Of a stretch of 64,000 nucleotides of DNA, positions 18,686 through 28,603 are shown piece by piece. Every line of letters begins with the position of its first letter. Positions within the stretch are counted from its first letter, which is position 1. The DNA comes from Sedimentisphaeraceae bacterium JB056. Lineage in GTDB: Bacteria > Planctomycetota > Phycisphaerae > Sedimentisphaerales > Sedimentisphaeraceae. The translations under genes and the position numbers were made by a program. The stretch is from contig JBITAJ010000018.1 in the NCBI GenBank assembly GCA_044440125.1, forward strand, positions 96,001 through 160,000, in the 5' to 3' direction. The notes below the pieces were generated by a model. It was not told the origin of the DNA. It made no database searches and saw nothing but the letters and a program-made list of their open reading frames with translations.

Positions 18686-20419
18686 TTACTGAATATATTT
18701 TTTTATGAAAGTTAGTAGTTGCTCACCGGTGAATGGTTTTGGTATGCAATCATTCATTCCGGCCTTGATGCAATCTTTTATGGTATTTTCTGTAGTACTT
18801 GCAGAAGTAGCGATTATTGGTATTGACGAGACTATGGGGTCATGATGGTTACGTATTCTTCTTGTAGCTTCGTAACCATCCATTATTGGCATTACACAAT
18901 CCATCAAGACCATGTTAAAGCGATCCTTCTCGATCTTTTCAAGAGCTTCCTGCCCGTTAGCAGCAAGAGATACTTCACAGCCGAGGATTTCAAGGTTCTT
19001 TGTGGCTACCATCTGGTTAACTTGGTTGTCTTCCGCAAGAAGGATTTTAATCCCCTTGGCTGCGTTTTTAACATCAAGAGTTGGGGTTGTGTTAAAGTCT
19101 GACAGCTCTACTTCGTTTGAATGCTCAAGATTAAGTGTGAAGAAAAAACGTGTACCTTTGCCAGGTTCGCTGACGACTTGAAGGTTGCCGCCCATAAGTT
19201 CGACAAGTTGTTTGCTTATGGCCAATCCGAGTCCTGTTCCTTGTGTCGAATTGCTTGTAGCTTTCCCTATTTGTGCAAACCTGTCAAATATTTTGTTAAT
19301 ATGTTCAGGCTCCATTCCTATGCCCGTATCTGAGACACAAAAATGGTAAATATTCATGTTTTTGCCTGCGGGATCAGCCTTTACCGACACTGAAATCGTG
19401 CCTTTTTCGGTGAATTTAACAGCATTATTTACCAGATTGTTTATGATTTGTGTCAATCGGACATCGTCACTTCTGACATGTTCTCTGAGTTTCTCGTCAA
19501 AAAAGAAACAGAAAGAGATATCTTTTTCTGTTGCTGAGTTTTTATTGAGTTCAACAACTTCGTAAATCACTTCCCTTAAATTCATTGGAACTTTTTCGAG
19601 TGTCAGAGAACCAGATTCTATCTTAGAGATGTCAAGGATATCATTTACTATCCTGTCAAGCGATTTTGTGCAGGCATTCATGATATCAATATATCTTGTT
19701 TGTTCGCTGCTCAGACCTGTCTTTTTTATCAGTTCGATTGTCCCTCTAAGCCCGCTCATCGGCGTTCTTATTTCGTGGCTTACAGTTGAAAGAAATTCGT
19801 CTTTAGACCTTGATGCCTGCTGCATTTTTATTTGAGCATCTTCTGCTTCCTCTTTGGCTTTTCTGAGATTTCTTTCTGTTTTTCGTAATGTCTCTAAGTT
19901 TTTTTCTAATTGTCTTTTCTTCGTTAGTGCAAGCTCATATGAAGATAAAAATAAACCCAATATTTGCGATTGTTCTGCATTAATATTGTATTGTTTTCCA
20001 CCCATCACCATAGTGAAGCCTACTGTAGGCGTTATAGTACGGAATTTTGAGTTAGAAATTATGCTTGCAAGTCGGCTGAGAAGAAACTCTTGTTCAAATG
20101 GCTTAGGAATGAAATTGTCGGCTCCGCAATTCAATCCCTCTATTATATCATCAGGGTCACTCAGCGAAGATACTAATACAACAGGCAGGTGGCTGAATTC
20201 TGGATATTTACGAATGTTCCGGCATAACTCGTAGCCATTCATACCAGGCATAACAATATCAGTTATTACTACATCTGGCTTGAATTCATTCAGCATTTCA
20301 AAAGCCTTAGCGCCATTCTGAGCGCAAGCGACAACATAGTTATTCTCTTCAAGTATGTACTTAAGCTCAGTTGCTTGAGTTATGCTGTCCTCAGCTATTA
20401 ATATTCGGTGATTGTCCAT
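18686..20419 (-). CDS. Cytoplasmic hybrid histidine kinase (REC-HisKA-HATPase-REC)
   Basis: REC1 IAEDS...TDIVMP; H-box FLSTVSHEIRTP; NNAVKFT, DTGIG, GTGLGL; REC2 LAEDN...MDCVMP. No TM segment. GAGG RBS before ATG 20419. Confidence 0.92.
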   Translation of the reverse strand: MDNHRILIAEDSITQATELKYILEENNYVVACAQNGAKAFEMLNEFKPDVVITDIVMPGMNGYELCRNIRKYPEFSHLPVVLVSSLSDPDDIIEGLNCGADNFIPKPFEQEFLLSRLASIISNSKFRTITPTVGFTMVMGGKQYNINAEQSQILGLFLSSYELALTKKRQLEKNLETLRKTERNLRKAKEEAEDAQIKMQQASRSKDEFLSTVSHEIRTPMSGLRGTIELIKKTGLSSEQTRYIDIMNACTKSLDRIVNDILDISKIESGSLTLEKVPMNLREVIYEVVELNKNSATEKDISFCFFFDEKLREHVRSDDVRLTQIINNLVNNAVKFTEKGTISVSVKADPAGKNMNIYHFCVSDTGIGMEPEHINKIFDRFAQIGKATSNSTQGTGLGLAISKQLVELMGGNLQVVSEPGKGTRFFFTLNLEHSNEVELSDFNTTPTLDVKNAAKGIKILLAEDNQVNQMVATKNLEILGCEVSLAANGQEALEKIEKDRFNMVLMDCVMPIMDGYEATRRIRNHHDPIVSSIPIIATSASTTENTIKDCIKAGMNDCIPKPFTGEQLLTFIKKYIQ

Positions 20420-20470
20420 ACGCCTCACAAAAATGTACCATTCATAACTTAAACACTACAAACCCGGAGC

Positions 20471-20499
20471 ATTATAGATATGACAAAACTCTTTGTCAA
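20471..20499 (-). promoter_or_regulatory. Consensus sigma70 promoter of the chemosensory operon, overlapped by a palindromic operator
   Basis: Minus strand TTGACA(20499-20494)-17-TATAAT(20476-20471); palindrome TGACAAA-N4-TTTGTCA at 20481-20498. Confidence 0.7.
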
Positions 20500-20665
20500 G
20501 GTGAAAATAGCACATTTGTGGCATATAATATGACGCTAAATCATATTGTCCTTGAATTTTACTTAACTTCAAATACAATATGTTGAACGTTTTCAGGTAA
20601 CTTATTTATACTATTGGTTTGCATTAATGTTATGACCGTTCTAAGTATCGGGTTTAGCTATAGTA

Positions 20666-21442
20666 ATGGAAAATATTAAAGACGACATAGATAACCGGCA
20701 GCAGCCTGTTGAGACTGAAGTTGACGCTCAGGATATGAGTTCTGAGACCGGTCTCAATGTGACTGTTGATGAAGATGATTTAGAAGGGCAGGAAGACTCG
20801 CCTATTGAGGATACTGCGACTGAAGAATCTGAGATAGATGCTTCTTCTGATCAGGAAGAACAAATTCCCGAATGGGTGCCGGAAATAGATGAAGAGTTTC
20901 TTGAAGAAGATAGTCCTGAACCTACAATAGAGTCGGTGATTGAGGCCATACTTTTCACTACTGATGAACCGGTAACGCCGGTTAGAATGGTTAAGATAGC
21001 GGACCTTAGCAGTGCAAAACAAGTTACTGATGCTGTAAAACTTCTAAATGAAAGATATGAACAGGCTAATTCAGCATTCCGAATTGAGAAAATAGCTGGT
21101 GGCTATCAAATGCTGACTCATAAGATCTATAATAATTGGCTTCGTAGATTAATCAGGGTCAGAACAGAAACGAAACTTACTCAGGCATCATTGGAGACTC
21201 TTGCTATTATTGCTTATAAGCAGCCAGTTATTAGAGCTGATGTTGAAGCTATACGAGGAGTTTCATCGGGTGAGATGATCAGGGGGCTTATGAGTAAGGG
21301 TTTGGTTAAGATTGCGGGAAGAGCGGAAGTTCTTGGTCGCCCTATGCAGTACGGCACAACGCGGAAATTTCTTGAAAATTTTGGGTTGAATTCACTTCGC
21401 GATTTGCCAAAAGCGGATGAACTTAAGAAGCCGAGAGATTAA
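20666..21442 (+). CDS. scpB: SMC-Scp complex subunit ScpB with acidic N-terminal extension
   Basis: Motifs IEAILF, AGGYQMLT, SLETLAIIAYKQPVIRADVEAIRGV and GRPMQYGTTRKFLENFGLNSLRDLP. Confidence 0.95.
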   Translation: MENIKDDIDNRQQPVETEVDAQDMSSETGLNVTVDEDDLEGQEDSPIEDTATEESEIDASSDQEEQIPEWVPEIDEEFLEEDSPEPTIESVIEAILFTTDEPVTPVRMVKIADLSSAKQVTDAVKLLNERYEQANSAFRIEKIAGGYQMLTHKIYNNWLRRLIRVRTETKLTQASLETLAIIAYKQPVIRADVEAIRGVSSGEMIRGLMSKGLVKIAGRAEVLGRPMQYGTTRKFLENFGLNSLRDLPKADELKKPRD

Positions 21443-21466
21443 TAGAAAGGGTAATGGAGGTATCCG

Positions 21467-21952
21467 TTGAGCGAATTTTCACAGCAAAGCATTAGAGCGA
21501 AGATTATTGAAAGGCTCAAGACCAGGTCGAATTCTATCAAATTCAATATGACACCGATGATTGATATTGTTTTCCTGTTGCTTGTGTTTTTTCTTGCCAC
21601 AGCGAGATTTCGACCCTTGGAATCAAAATTACCTTTGCAGTTGCCGGCTCCTCAAGGAGGTCAATTAGCCAGTTTCTCACTTGTTGAACCTTTGACTATC
21701 AATATAGATTCTCAGGGCCAGGGGCTTATGATAACTATAGAAGGGACAGAGTTTGCATACCAAAACGCAGACCCTGCTTCTTTCATTAATTTTGGTGAGC
21801 AGCTGGCGGATATCTATGAATCGCAAAAAAGAAATACCGCTGATCCTGTAGAACTTGATTGTGGTGCTGAACTTTCCTGGGAACATCTTGTTAAATTTTA
21901 TAACCTTATGTATGGTATGGGAATTACGAATATAACATTCGTTACGGATTAA
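21467..21952 (+). CDS. ExbD/TolR family protein
   Basis: NMTPMIDIVFLLLVFFL TM motif; GGAGG RBS before TTG. Confidence 0.88.
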   Translation: MSEFSQQSIRAKIIERLKTRSNSIKFNMTPMIDIVFLLLVFFLATARFRPLESKLPLQLPAPQGGQLASFSLVEPLTINIDSQGQGLMITIEGTEFAYQNADPASFINFGEQLADIYESQKRNTADPVELDCGAELSWEHLVKFYNLMYGMGITNITFVTD

Positions 21953-24073
21953 GTGATGAGGAAAATACTGCTTTTACTTTTTTGTCTTTTGAGTATCTCT
22001 GTCTTTGCTGATAAGGCTGAAAATACAAAATTACCTAATGAAAATACCCTTGGCATTCTCCGTGACAGGGCTTCTGATGCTTGGGCACGGTTTGAGTCTA
22101 AATCATTTTTACCTTTAGTTGATTATTATTTTTATTCAAGTTTCAGTCAGCAGCAGCATCGGAAAGAGCTCGAAAACCTTACTGTAGAATATGAAAGTAT
22201 CCTTACTGATATATATAATGAGCAGGCAAGTTATACCAGTCGAATAGAAGAATATGAAGGGGATGACTGGGATCTGCGTTTTGGTAAAAATGCATTATGG
22301 CGAAAATTCAATTCTCTTGAAAATCAAACATTGTATCTTATTGCCAAGTGCTTGTATTACAGACTATTATGTGTTGAAAGTGATCAGTTTGAAGATTTGG
22401 CTCAAGCTATCCTCGAAAAATGCGGCACAATAGAGGGCGGAATTAATGACTTGTTTCGTGATATGCTTGAGGCGCGTGTCTACATGCTTATACGCGAAAG
22501 TGATGAAGGTTATTACGACCAGATATTTAAAAGGCTCGACAAAGTCGAAATGGAAATGAGCTCTGATACTGCACTTTATTATGAAATGTGGATGTGCAGG
22601 CTTGAACTTCTCAAACCTTTTAGTCTTACGCAGTTAAATAGGATAATTGATAATTTCAAAGATTCTGATCAAGTTGACAATATGGTTCTTGCGATGAGAC
22701 TTGCTTTTCTGCAGAAAAAAGCAGGCCAAACTTCATTACTTGAATATAATCTCGAGAAATGGCCTCAGCTTGCGGCTTTAGTTGCAAGCATGCTTTACGA
22801 AAAGGCTGATTCAGAACTTGATAAAGCTAATGCTACAAATCATATAAGTTCTTTGACTCATTATGAGAAGCAGTTGCTTGCATGGGCCTCTTTGGATAAA
22901 GACAATCCTAAGCTTGACGTTTTGATTGCTTCCTTCGGTATTGGTCAGGATCGTGCCGATAGAGTCATAAGTTATGTTGCTGCTGTTAAAAATGCCGAGG
23001 ATAATCCAGAATTAGCGGTAGAGGCAGCAATGAACGCATTGTCAAAGCCTGCATATGACAGGAATGTATTTTCAGATATTAATGATCTTGAAGTGCTGAA
23101 AATTGCGACAAAAGCTGGCTTTCTGCTTATCGATAAAAAGGACTACACTGATAAGATCATTGATATATTCGATCGATATAAGAAGCTTGCAGGTGATAAT
23201 GCAATTGAGGAGTTGGTGTTCGCTTATTCTGTGAAGATGAAGAATCTCAGGGGGCAAAAAGCGACAGCATTGTTGAATGAGATACATGAAAATGGTGGAG
23301 AGTTTGCGGATAAGGCACTTTTCGAAATTCTTGTCAGTCAATTTAATGATGATAAGGATATTTCTGGCAGTATTGAGCAGCTTTATAGTAGAAGCCAAAC
23401 GGCTGATATTGTTTTTCTTACCGATGTAACAGATTTATATTGCAGATATCTTGCTTCCAAGGAAAGATTGCCAAAGGCAGTGCAATTGGTTGCTGAAGGA
23501 TATGAGCAAGGACTTGATTTTGATAGCGGCTGTGGACTTTATGTACTTGAAAAATTCCTTGAGAAGGCAGAGTACTATATACTTCAGGCAAGTGGTGATC
23601 TTGCTAATACAGCAGTCTTCATCTCCGATAAGATAATCAGTGATCAACAGCAAAAGCCTTCAATACAAATTGTGTGTATAGAGACTCAAGTTTTGGCCGG
23701 TCGCGATATTGATTCAATAGGACCAATGCCTGAATATAATGATCAATTTGATACGCTGCAATACTCAAGATCAAAAGCGAGGTACATGTCTTTAGATGGG
23801 CAAAATCATGAAGCTGCTTTTGTGTGGGGTAAAATATCAAGGGCATTGGTTTCGGCATCTCCTTTACCTCTGTGGAGATGGCAGAGAGCTAAATATTATC
23901 AGATTGAATGCAGCTTAAAAAGCGATAAAGTTTCAGACGAGGATCTACTGCATTCTATTGAGGTATTGCAGGCTGATTCTAATTGGAAACAAGGTTACTG
24001 GGCTGATAAGCTTGAAGAAATTAAGCTTGCTTCTGTTAATCAGCAGGAAAGATTTTCTGTTGAGAGTCAATGA
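21953..24073 (+). CDS. Hypothetical secreted, mostly alpha-helical (TPR-like) protein
   Basis: 706-aa ORF with signal peptide MRKILLLLFCLLSISVFA; directly abuts the exbD stop. Confidence 0.6.
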   Translation: MMRKILLLLFCLLSISVFADKAENTKLPNENTLGILRDRASDAWARFESKSFLPLVDYYFYSSFSQQQHRKELENLTVEYESILTDIYNEQASYTSRIEEYEGDDWDLRFGKNALWRKFNSLENQTLYLIAKCLYYRLLCVESDQFEDLAQAILEKCGTIEGGINDLFRDMLEARVYMLIRESDEGYYDQIFKRLDKVEMEMSSDTALYYEMWMCRLELLKPFSLTQLNRIIDNFKDSDQVDNMVLAMRLAFLQKKAGQTSLLEYNLEKWPQLAALVASMLYEKADSELDKANATNHISSLTHYEKQLLAWASLDKDNPKLDVLIASFGIGQDRADRVISYVAAVKNAEDNPELAVEAAMNALSKPAYDRNVFSDINDLEVLKIATKAGFLLIDKKDYTDKIIDIFDRYKKLAGDNAIEELVFAYSVKMKNLRGQKATALLNEIHENGGEFADKALFEILVSQFNDDKDISGSIEQLYSRSQTADIVFLTDVTDLYCRYLASKERLPKAVQLVAEGYEQGLDFDSGCGLYVLEKFLEKAEYYILQASGDLANTAVFISDKIISDQQQKPSIQIVCIETQVLAGRDIDSIGPMPEYNDQFDTLQYSRSKARYMSLDGQNHEAAFVWGKISRALVSASPLPLWRWQRAKYYQIECSLKSDKVSDEDLLHSIEVLQADSNWKQGYWADKLEEIKLASVNQQERFSVESQ

Positions 24074-24162
24074 TTAAAAAAGACTTGCCTGTATCCAGAT
24101 TTTTTGTTACTATCTGAACTTTTATCCGAATTATGCGTTAAACTCTAATAGGGAAAAGAATT

Positions 24163-25032
24163 ATGAAGTTCACAAAGATGCATGGTCTTGGAAATGACTA
24201 TGTTTATGTAAATTGTTTTGAAGAAAATATTGAAGATCCTTCAGCTTTGGCGATAGAGCTCAGTGATCGCCATTTTGGTATTGGCGGCGATGGGCTTATT
24301 CTTATCTGTCCATCAGATATTGCAGATGCTAAAATGCGTATGTTCAATGCAGATGGAAGTGAATCACAGATGTGCGGAAATGGCTTGAGATGTGTGTCAA
24401 AGTATACATTTGATCATAAGCTTGCTGAGCCTGGAACTACTTTCAGTATACCTGGCCAGCCTTCATTCCCTCATTCGCTTAATATTGAAACAGGTAATGG
24501 CATCCTTAAGGTTGGTATTATGCCTGGTGAAGATGGAATGGCAGAGCAGATATGCGTTAATATGGGGCAACCTGTATTAAATGGCCCTGATATTCCGGTT
24601 GCAATCGAATCAAATCCGGTTGTTGATGTTGAATTTGGTACAGATGATTTTGCTTCACCGATGACTTGCGTTTCTATGGGAAATCCTCATGTTGTATTCT
24701 TTTGTGATGATGTCGAAGGACTTGATCTTGATAAAATAGGCCCTGCGATAGAAAATCATCCTTTATTTCCAGAAAGGATTAATGCTCATTTTGTAAAGGT
24801 TCTGGCTCCTGATGAGTTTGTTATGCGGACTTGGGAGCGGGGCTCCGGTATAACTTTGGCATGTGGAACAGGTGCTTGTGCATGCTGCGTTGCTGCGGTT
24901 CTCAACGGAAAATGCCAAAGGGCTGTTTTAGCTCATTTGCCTGGTGGCGATCTTACGCTTAATTGGTGCCAGGAGGATAACTGTGTGTATATGACCGGGC
25001 CGGCGACAGAAGTTTTCACTGGTCACATATAA
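24163..25032 (+). CDS. dapF: Diaminopimelate epimerase
   Basis: Motifs MKFTKMHGLGNDY, MCGNGLRC, SMGNPH and WERGSGITLACGTGACA. Confidence 0.97.
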   Translation: MKFTKMHGLGNDYVYVNCFEENIEDPSALAIELSDRHFGIGGDGLILICPSDIADAKMRMFNADGSESQMCGNGLRCVSKYTFDHKLAEPGTTFSIPGQPSFPHSLNIETGNGILKVGIMPGEDGMAEQICVNMGQPVLNGPDIPVAIESNPVVDVEFGTDDFASPMTCVSMGNPHVVFFCDDVEGLDLDKIGPAIENHPLFPERINAHFVKVLAPDEFVMRTWERGSGITLACGTGACACCVAAVLNGKCQRAVLAHLPGGDLTLNWCQEDNCVYMTGPATEVFTGHI

Positions 25033-25120
25033 CATTCACATCATAATGAAAAAAAAAGAGAAAATAGCATTTTTCCCCTTGAAATAATTCAATAAATTGC
25101 TAATATTTCTCACTCGTGCT

Positions 25121-25191
25121 TGGGGTATAGTGTAACGGTAGCACGACTGACTCTGGCTCAGTTAGTTGGGGTTCGAATCCCTGTACCCCAG
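25121..25191 (+). tRNA. tRNA-Gln(CTG), CCA not encoded
   Basis: Acceptor TGGGGTA/TACCCCA; anticodon arm ACTGA-CTCTGGC-TCAGT; T-loop GTTCGAATC; upstream TTGAAA-16-TAATAT promoter. Confidence 0.95.
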
Positions 25192-25193
25192 TT

Positions 25194-25233
25194 AAAAAGC
25201 CCGCATCTTAATTAAAAGACGCGGGCTTTTTTT
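25194..25233. terminator. Bidirectional terminator between tRNA-Gln and tex
   Basis: AAAAAGCCCGC...GCGGGCTTTTTTT. Confidence 0.85.
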
Positions 25234-25246
25234 ATTGTTTCATCAT

Positions 25247-27559
25247 TTATAGCTTTATTTGAAGGCCTAAGGATTCACCGAAAGTTCCGCCGGTTCCGCC
25301 TCGGCGTGGTTTTTCCTGATTTCTGCCTCTATTGTCTTTTCTGTTTTGCGGACGATTGTTTTGAGGTCTGTCATTACCCTTACTCTCACCTGTAACACGT
25401 TTTTTTGTTGTGAGATCGGAAGGGTCGGCATTTGTCCTCATGCTTAGTCCTATTCGCTTTCTTGGTACATCAACTTCCATTACAGTGACAGTGACTCTTT
25501 GCTGCACCTTGGTTACTTCAGTAGGATCGGAGACGAAGTGGTCGCATAGTTCGCTGATATGCACAAGTCCGTCTTGATGCACGCCTATGTCCACAAACGC
25601 ACCGAATGCCGTTACATTGGTAACTATGCCTGGCAGTTTCATTCCAGGGTTAAGATCTGTGATTTCGTTAATGCCTTCCGCGAAGCTGAAAGCATCAAAT
25701 TTTTCACGTGGATCTCGGCCCGGTTTGGCAAGTTCTTCCTTGATATCTGTAAGAGTTGGAAGACCTACCGTTTCAGTAACATAATCAGTAAGTTTTATTT
25801 TGTCCTGCAGGGCTTTGTTTTTGATAAGCTCTTCAATATTGCATCCAATGTCAGAAGCCATCTTATTTACAATTGGATATGATTCGGGGTGTACAGCACT
25901 TATATCAAGCGGATTGTCTGAATTACGTACGCGAAGGAAGCCTGCGCATTGCTCGAAGCATTTGTCACCAAGACCGGAAACTTTCTTTATGCTTTCACGA
26001 CTATTGAAAGCGCCATTTTCATTTCGGTAATTGATGATTCTTTCAGCAAGAGTTGGGCCTACACCTGAAACATAAGTCAGAAGCTGCTTACTTGCAGTAT
26101 TGATGTCAACACCAACGCTGTTAACGCAGCTCACAACAACGTCATCCAGTTTGTTTTTCAGCTTTTTCTGGTCAACATCATGCTGGTATTGGCCGACGCC
26201 AATTGATTTTGGGTCGATTTTTACCAGTTCAGCCAATGGGTCCATGAGTCTGCGGCCGATAGATACAGCTCCTCTTACTGTGAGGTCTTTATCTGGGAAT
26301 TCTTCTCTGGCTACTTCCGATGCTGAATAAACACTTGCGCCGCTCTCATTGACCATTACAATATTGATACTTGATGGCAAACCAAGCTTTCTCAGGTAGC
26401 CTTCTGTTTCTCTGCCTGCCGTACCATTACCAATCGCTATAGCTTCAATATCATACTTTTGGCATAGTGCCATGATTTTCATGCCGTCAGCATCAGCTTT
26501 TGCCTGGCCTGTATGCGGGTATACAACATCATCAAACAGAAGTTGTCCCTGGCTGTCAAGTGTTACAAGCTTGCAACCGGTTCTAAAGCCGGGGTCAATA
26601 GCCATAACCCTCTTTTGGCCAAGTGGGGCGGCTAGAAGAAGCTCGCGAAGATTATCCGCGAACACCTTGATTGCCTCTTCATCAGCTCGCTTCTTTGTCT
26701 CCATCCTTATCTCTGTCTCCATGGATAAGGAAAGAAGCCTCTTATAACAGTCTGCTATTGCAAGTTTTACTTGGGTAGCAGAGTCATTTGATGCTGCTAT
26801 GTATTTTGAAACAATAACTTCAATGGCTTCTTCTACCGGAGCTTCTATACGCATTGAAAGCATCTTTTCATTTGCGCCGCGTCTTATTGCGAGTATTCGG
26901 TGTGATGGTGCGGTAGCTACAGGTTCCTGCCATTCATAATAGTCCTTATACTTGACTGCTTCTTCTTCCTTGTCCTTCAAGACTTTGGTAATGAACATAC
27001 CTTTTTCGCTGTAATGCTTACGCATTTTTTCACGTATTTCAGCATCTTCATTTATCATTTCAGCAATGATATCTCTTGCACCGGCAAGTGCATCCTCAGC
27101 CGTATCAACTTCTTTTTCTTTGCTGATATACTTTGCGGCTTCTGCGGTAATATCAAGATCGGTTTGTTCAAGTAGTTTCTCAGCAAGAGGCTCGAGTCCT
27201 TTTTCTTTGGCAATTGTTGCACGGGTACGTCTCTTAGGACGGTATGGCAGATAAATGTCTTCAAGTTTTGCCATAGTTTCAGCTACAAGCAGTTGTTTGT
27301 GCAGCTTTTCGGTAAGTTTTCCTTGTTCTTTAATCGAAGCTATTATTGCTTCTCTTCTCTTGTCAAGTTCATCAAGCTGGGCAAGCCTGTCGCGTATTGC
27401 CGATATCGCAACCTCATCAAGGCTGCCTGTCATTTCTTTACGATAACGTGCGATAAAGGGAACGGTCGAACCTTCATCTAAAAGTTTATAGACTGATTCT
27501 ACTTGATTTAATCTGACGCCAAGTTCATTGGCTATCTTAATAATATGCTCTGTTACCAT
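25247..27559 (-). CDS. tex: Tex family RNA-binding transcription accessory protein
   Basis: Motifs TVPFIARYRKE, IDPGFRTGCK and DPKSIGVGQYQHDV; C-terminal S1 domain FGAFVDIGVHQDGLVHIS. Confidence 0.95.
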   Translation of the reverse strand: MVTEHIIKIANELGVRLNQVESVYKLLDEGSTVPFIARYRKEMTGSLDEVAISAIRDRLAQLDELDKRREAIIASIKEQGKLTEKLHKQLLVAETMAKLEDIYLPYRPKRRTRATIAKEKGLEPLAEKLLEQTDLDITAEAAKYISKEKEVDTAEDALAGARDIIAEMINEDAEIREKMRKHYSEKGMFITKVLKDKEEEAVKYKDYYEWQEPVATAPSHRILAIRRGANEKMLSMRIEAPVEEAIEVIVSKYIAASNDSATQVKLAIADCYKRLLSLSMETEIRMETKKRADEEAIKVFADNLRELLLAAPLGQKRVMAIDPGFRTGCKLVTLDSQGQLLFDDVVYPHTGQAKADADGMKIMALCQKYDIEAIAIGNGTAGRETEGYLRKLGLPSSINIVMVNESGASVYSASEVAREEFPDKDLTVRGAVSIGRRLMDPLAELVKIDPKSIGVGQYQHDVDQKKLKNKLDDVVVSCVNSVGVDINTASKQLLTYVSGVGPTLAERIINYRNENGAFNSRESIKKVSGLGDKCFEQCAGFLRVRNSDNPLDISAVHPESYPIVNKMASDIGCNIEELIKNKALQDKIKLTDYVTETVGLPTLTDIKEELAKPGRDPREKFDAFSFAEGINEITDLNPGMKLPGIVTNVTAFGAFVDIGVHQDGLVHISELCDHFVSDPTEVTKVQQRVTVTVMEVDVPRKRIGLSMRTNADPSDLTTKKRVTGESKGNDRPQNNRPQNRKDNRGRNQEKPRRGGTGGTFGESLGLQIKL

Positions 27560-27574
27560 TGATGTGTTCTTTTT

Positions 27575-28543
27575 CTAATTTTTTGCTTTGTACTCCAGAA
27601 TCGCAAGCGATGCATTACCGATAATGCCGGCATCTTCACCCAAGCTTGCAAACATTATTTCTATATTTTTTTCTCGGCCGGGCCATGCATATTTTGCGAA
27701 ATAGTATTTTATTCTGCTCAGAAGTTGTTCGCCTGCAGCAATCATACCGCCGGCAAAAACTATTTTTTTCGGATCCATAAAATTCATTATATTAACGCAT
27801 AAAAGTCCGAGCACCTTTGCAGTGCCTTCCGTTATGTTTACCGAAAGATCGTCTCCGTCAGCAGCATGCAGATAGATATCTTTACATGTCACTTCACCCT
27901 TTTCCTTGTATATTGCTTGAAGGCTGGATTCGATACCTTCAGCAAGAAGTTCATTGGCTCTTCTTGCTGTTGAAGATGCCGATGCGTATGTTTCTGCGCA
28001 TCCAAGTTGCCCGCATCCGCATTTACGCCCGTCCGGATAGATGATTATGTGTCCGAGTTCCCCGCATGCGTCAGTGCTGCCGTGTGCAAGTTTGCCGCCG
28101 GTTATTACTGCTCCACCTATGCCCGTACCCAGGGTTAGGAACGCCATATCGTCCGCATCTTCAGCGACTCCGCAAACATGTTCGGCCCATCCCGCTGCAT
28201 TTGCATCGTTTTCCATAACCACTGGTACACCCATAGCCTCTGCTAACATGTCTCTTATAGGGCACCCATGGAATAACGGAAGATTGGGAGGAGAAACAAG
28301 AATGCCTTCCTTGAGGTTGACAGGGCCTGGAAGCCCAATGCCCATATATCCAATATCAATCTTGTCTATAGAGTTTTCTGAAAGTATCTTCTCGCATGCT
28401 TGAACTATTGCTTCAATACATACTTCAGGCCCTTTGTCGGCATACGTTGGTATTGAATCTTTGACGATTAGATTAAGATCCTTATCAAAAAGACCTAACT
28501 TAATATTGGTGCCGCCAAAATCGATTCCTATAAATTTTTTCAT
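27575..28543 (-). CDS. ROK family sugar kinase (glucokinase-like)
   Basis: Motifs GIDFGGT, ENDANAA, TLGTGIGGA and GELGH...CGCGQLGCAE. Confidence 0.92.
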   Translation of the reverse strand: MKKFIGIDFGGTNIKLGLFDKDLNLIVKDSIPTYADKGPEVCIEAIVQACEKILSENSIDKIDIGYMGIGLPGPVNLKEGILVSPPNLPLFHGCPIRDMLAEAMGVPVVMENDANAAGWAEHVCGVAEDADDMAFLTLGTGIGGAVITGGKLAHGSTDACGELGHIIIYPDGRKCGCGQLGCAETYASASSTARRANELLAEGIESSLQAIYKEKGEVTCKDIYLHAADGDDLSVNITEGTAKVLGLLCVNIMNFMDPKKIVFAGGMIAAGEQLLSRIKYYFAKYAWPGREKNIEIMFASLGEDAGIIGNASLAILEYKAKN

Positions 28544-28603
28544 TTCGTATTCTTCTAACAATCAAACCAATTTAATTTGTTTTAACAATTTGCTTATATA
28601 GCT

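Noticed and set aside
25121..25233. tRNA-Gln as an integration site for a mobile element
   Set aside because: It is flanked by dapF and tex, with no integrase and no duplicated tRNA 3' end noticed.
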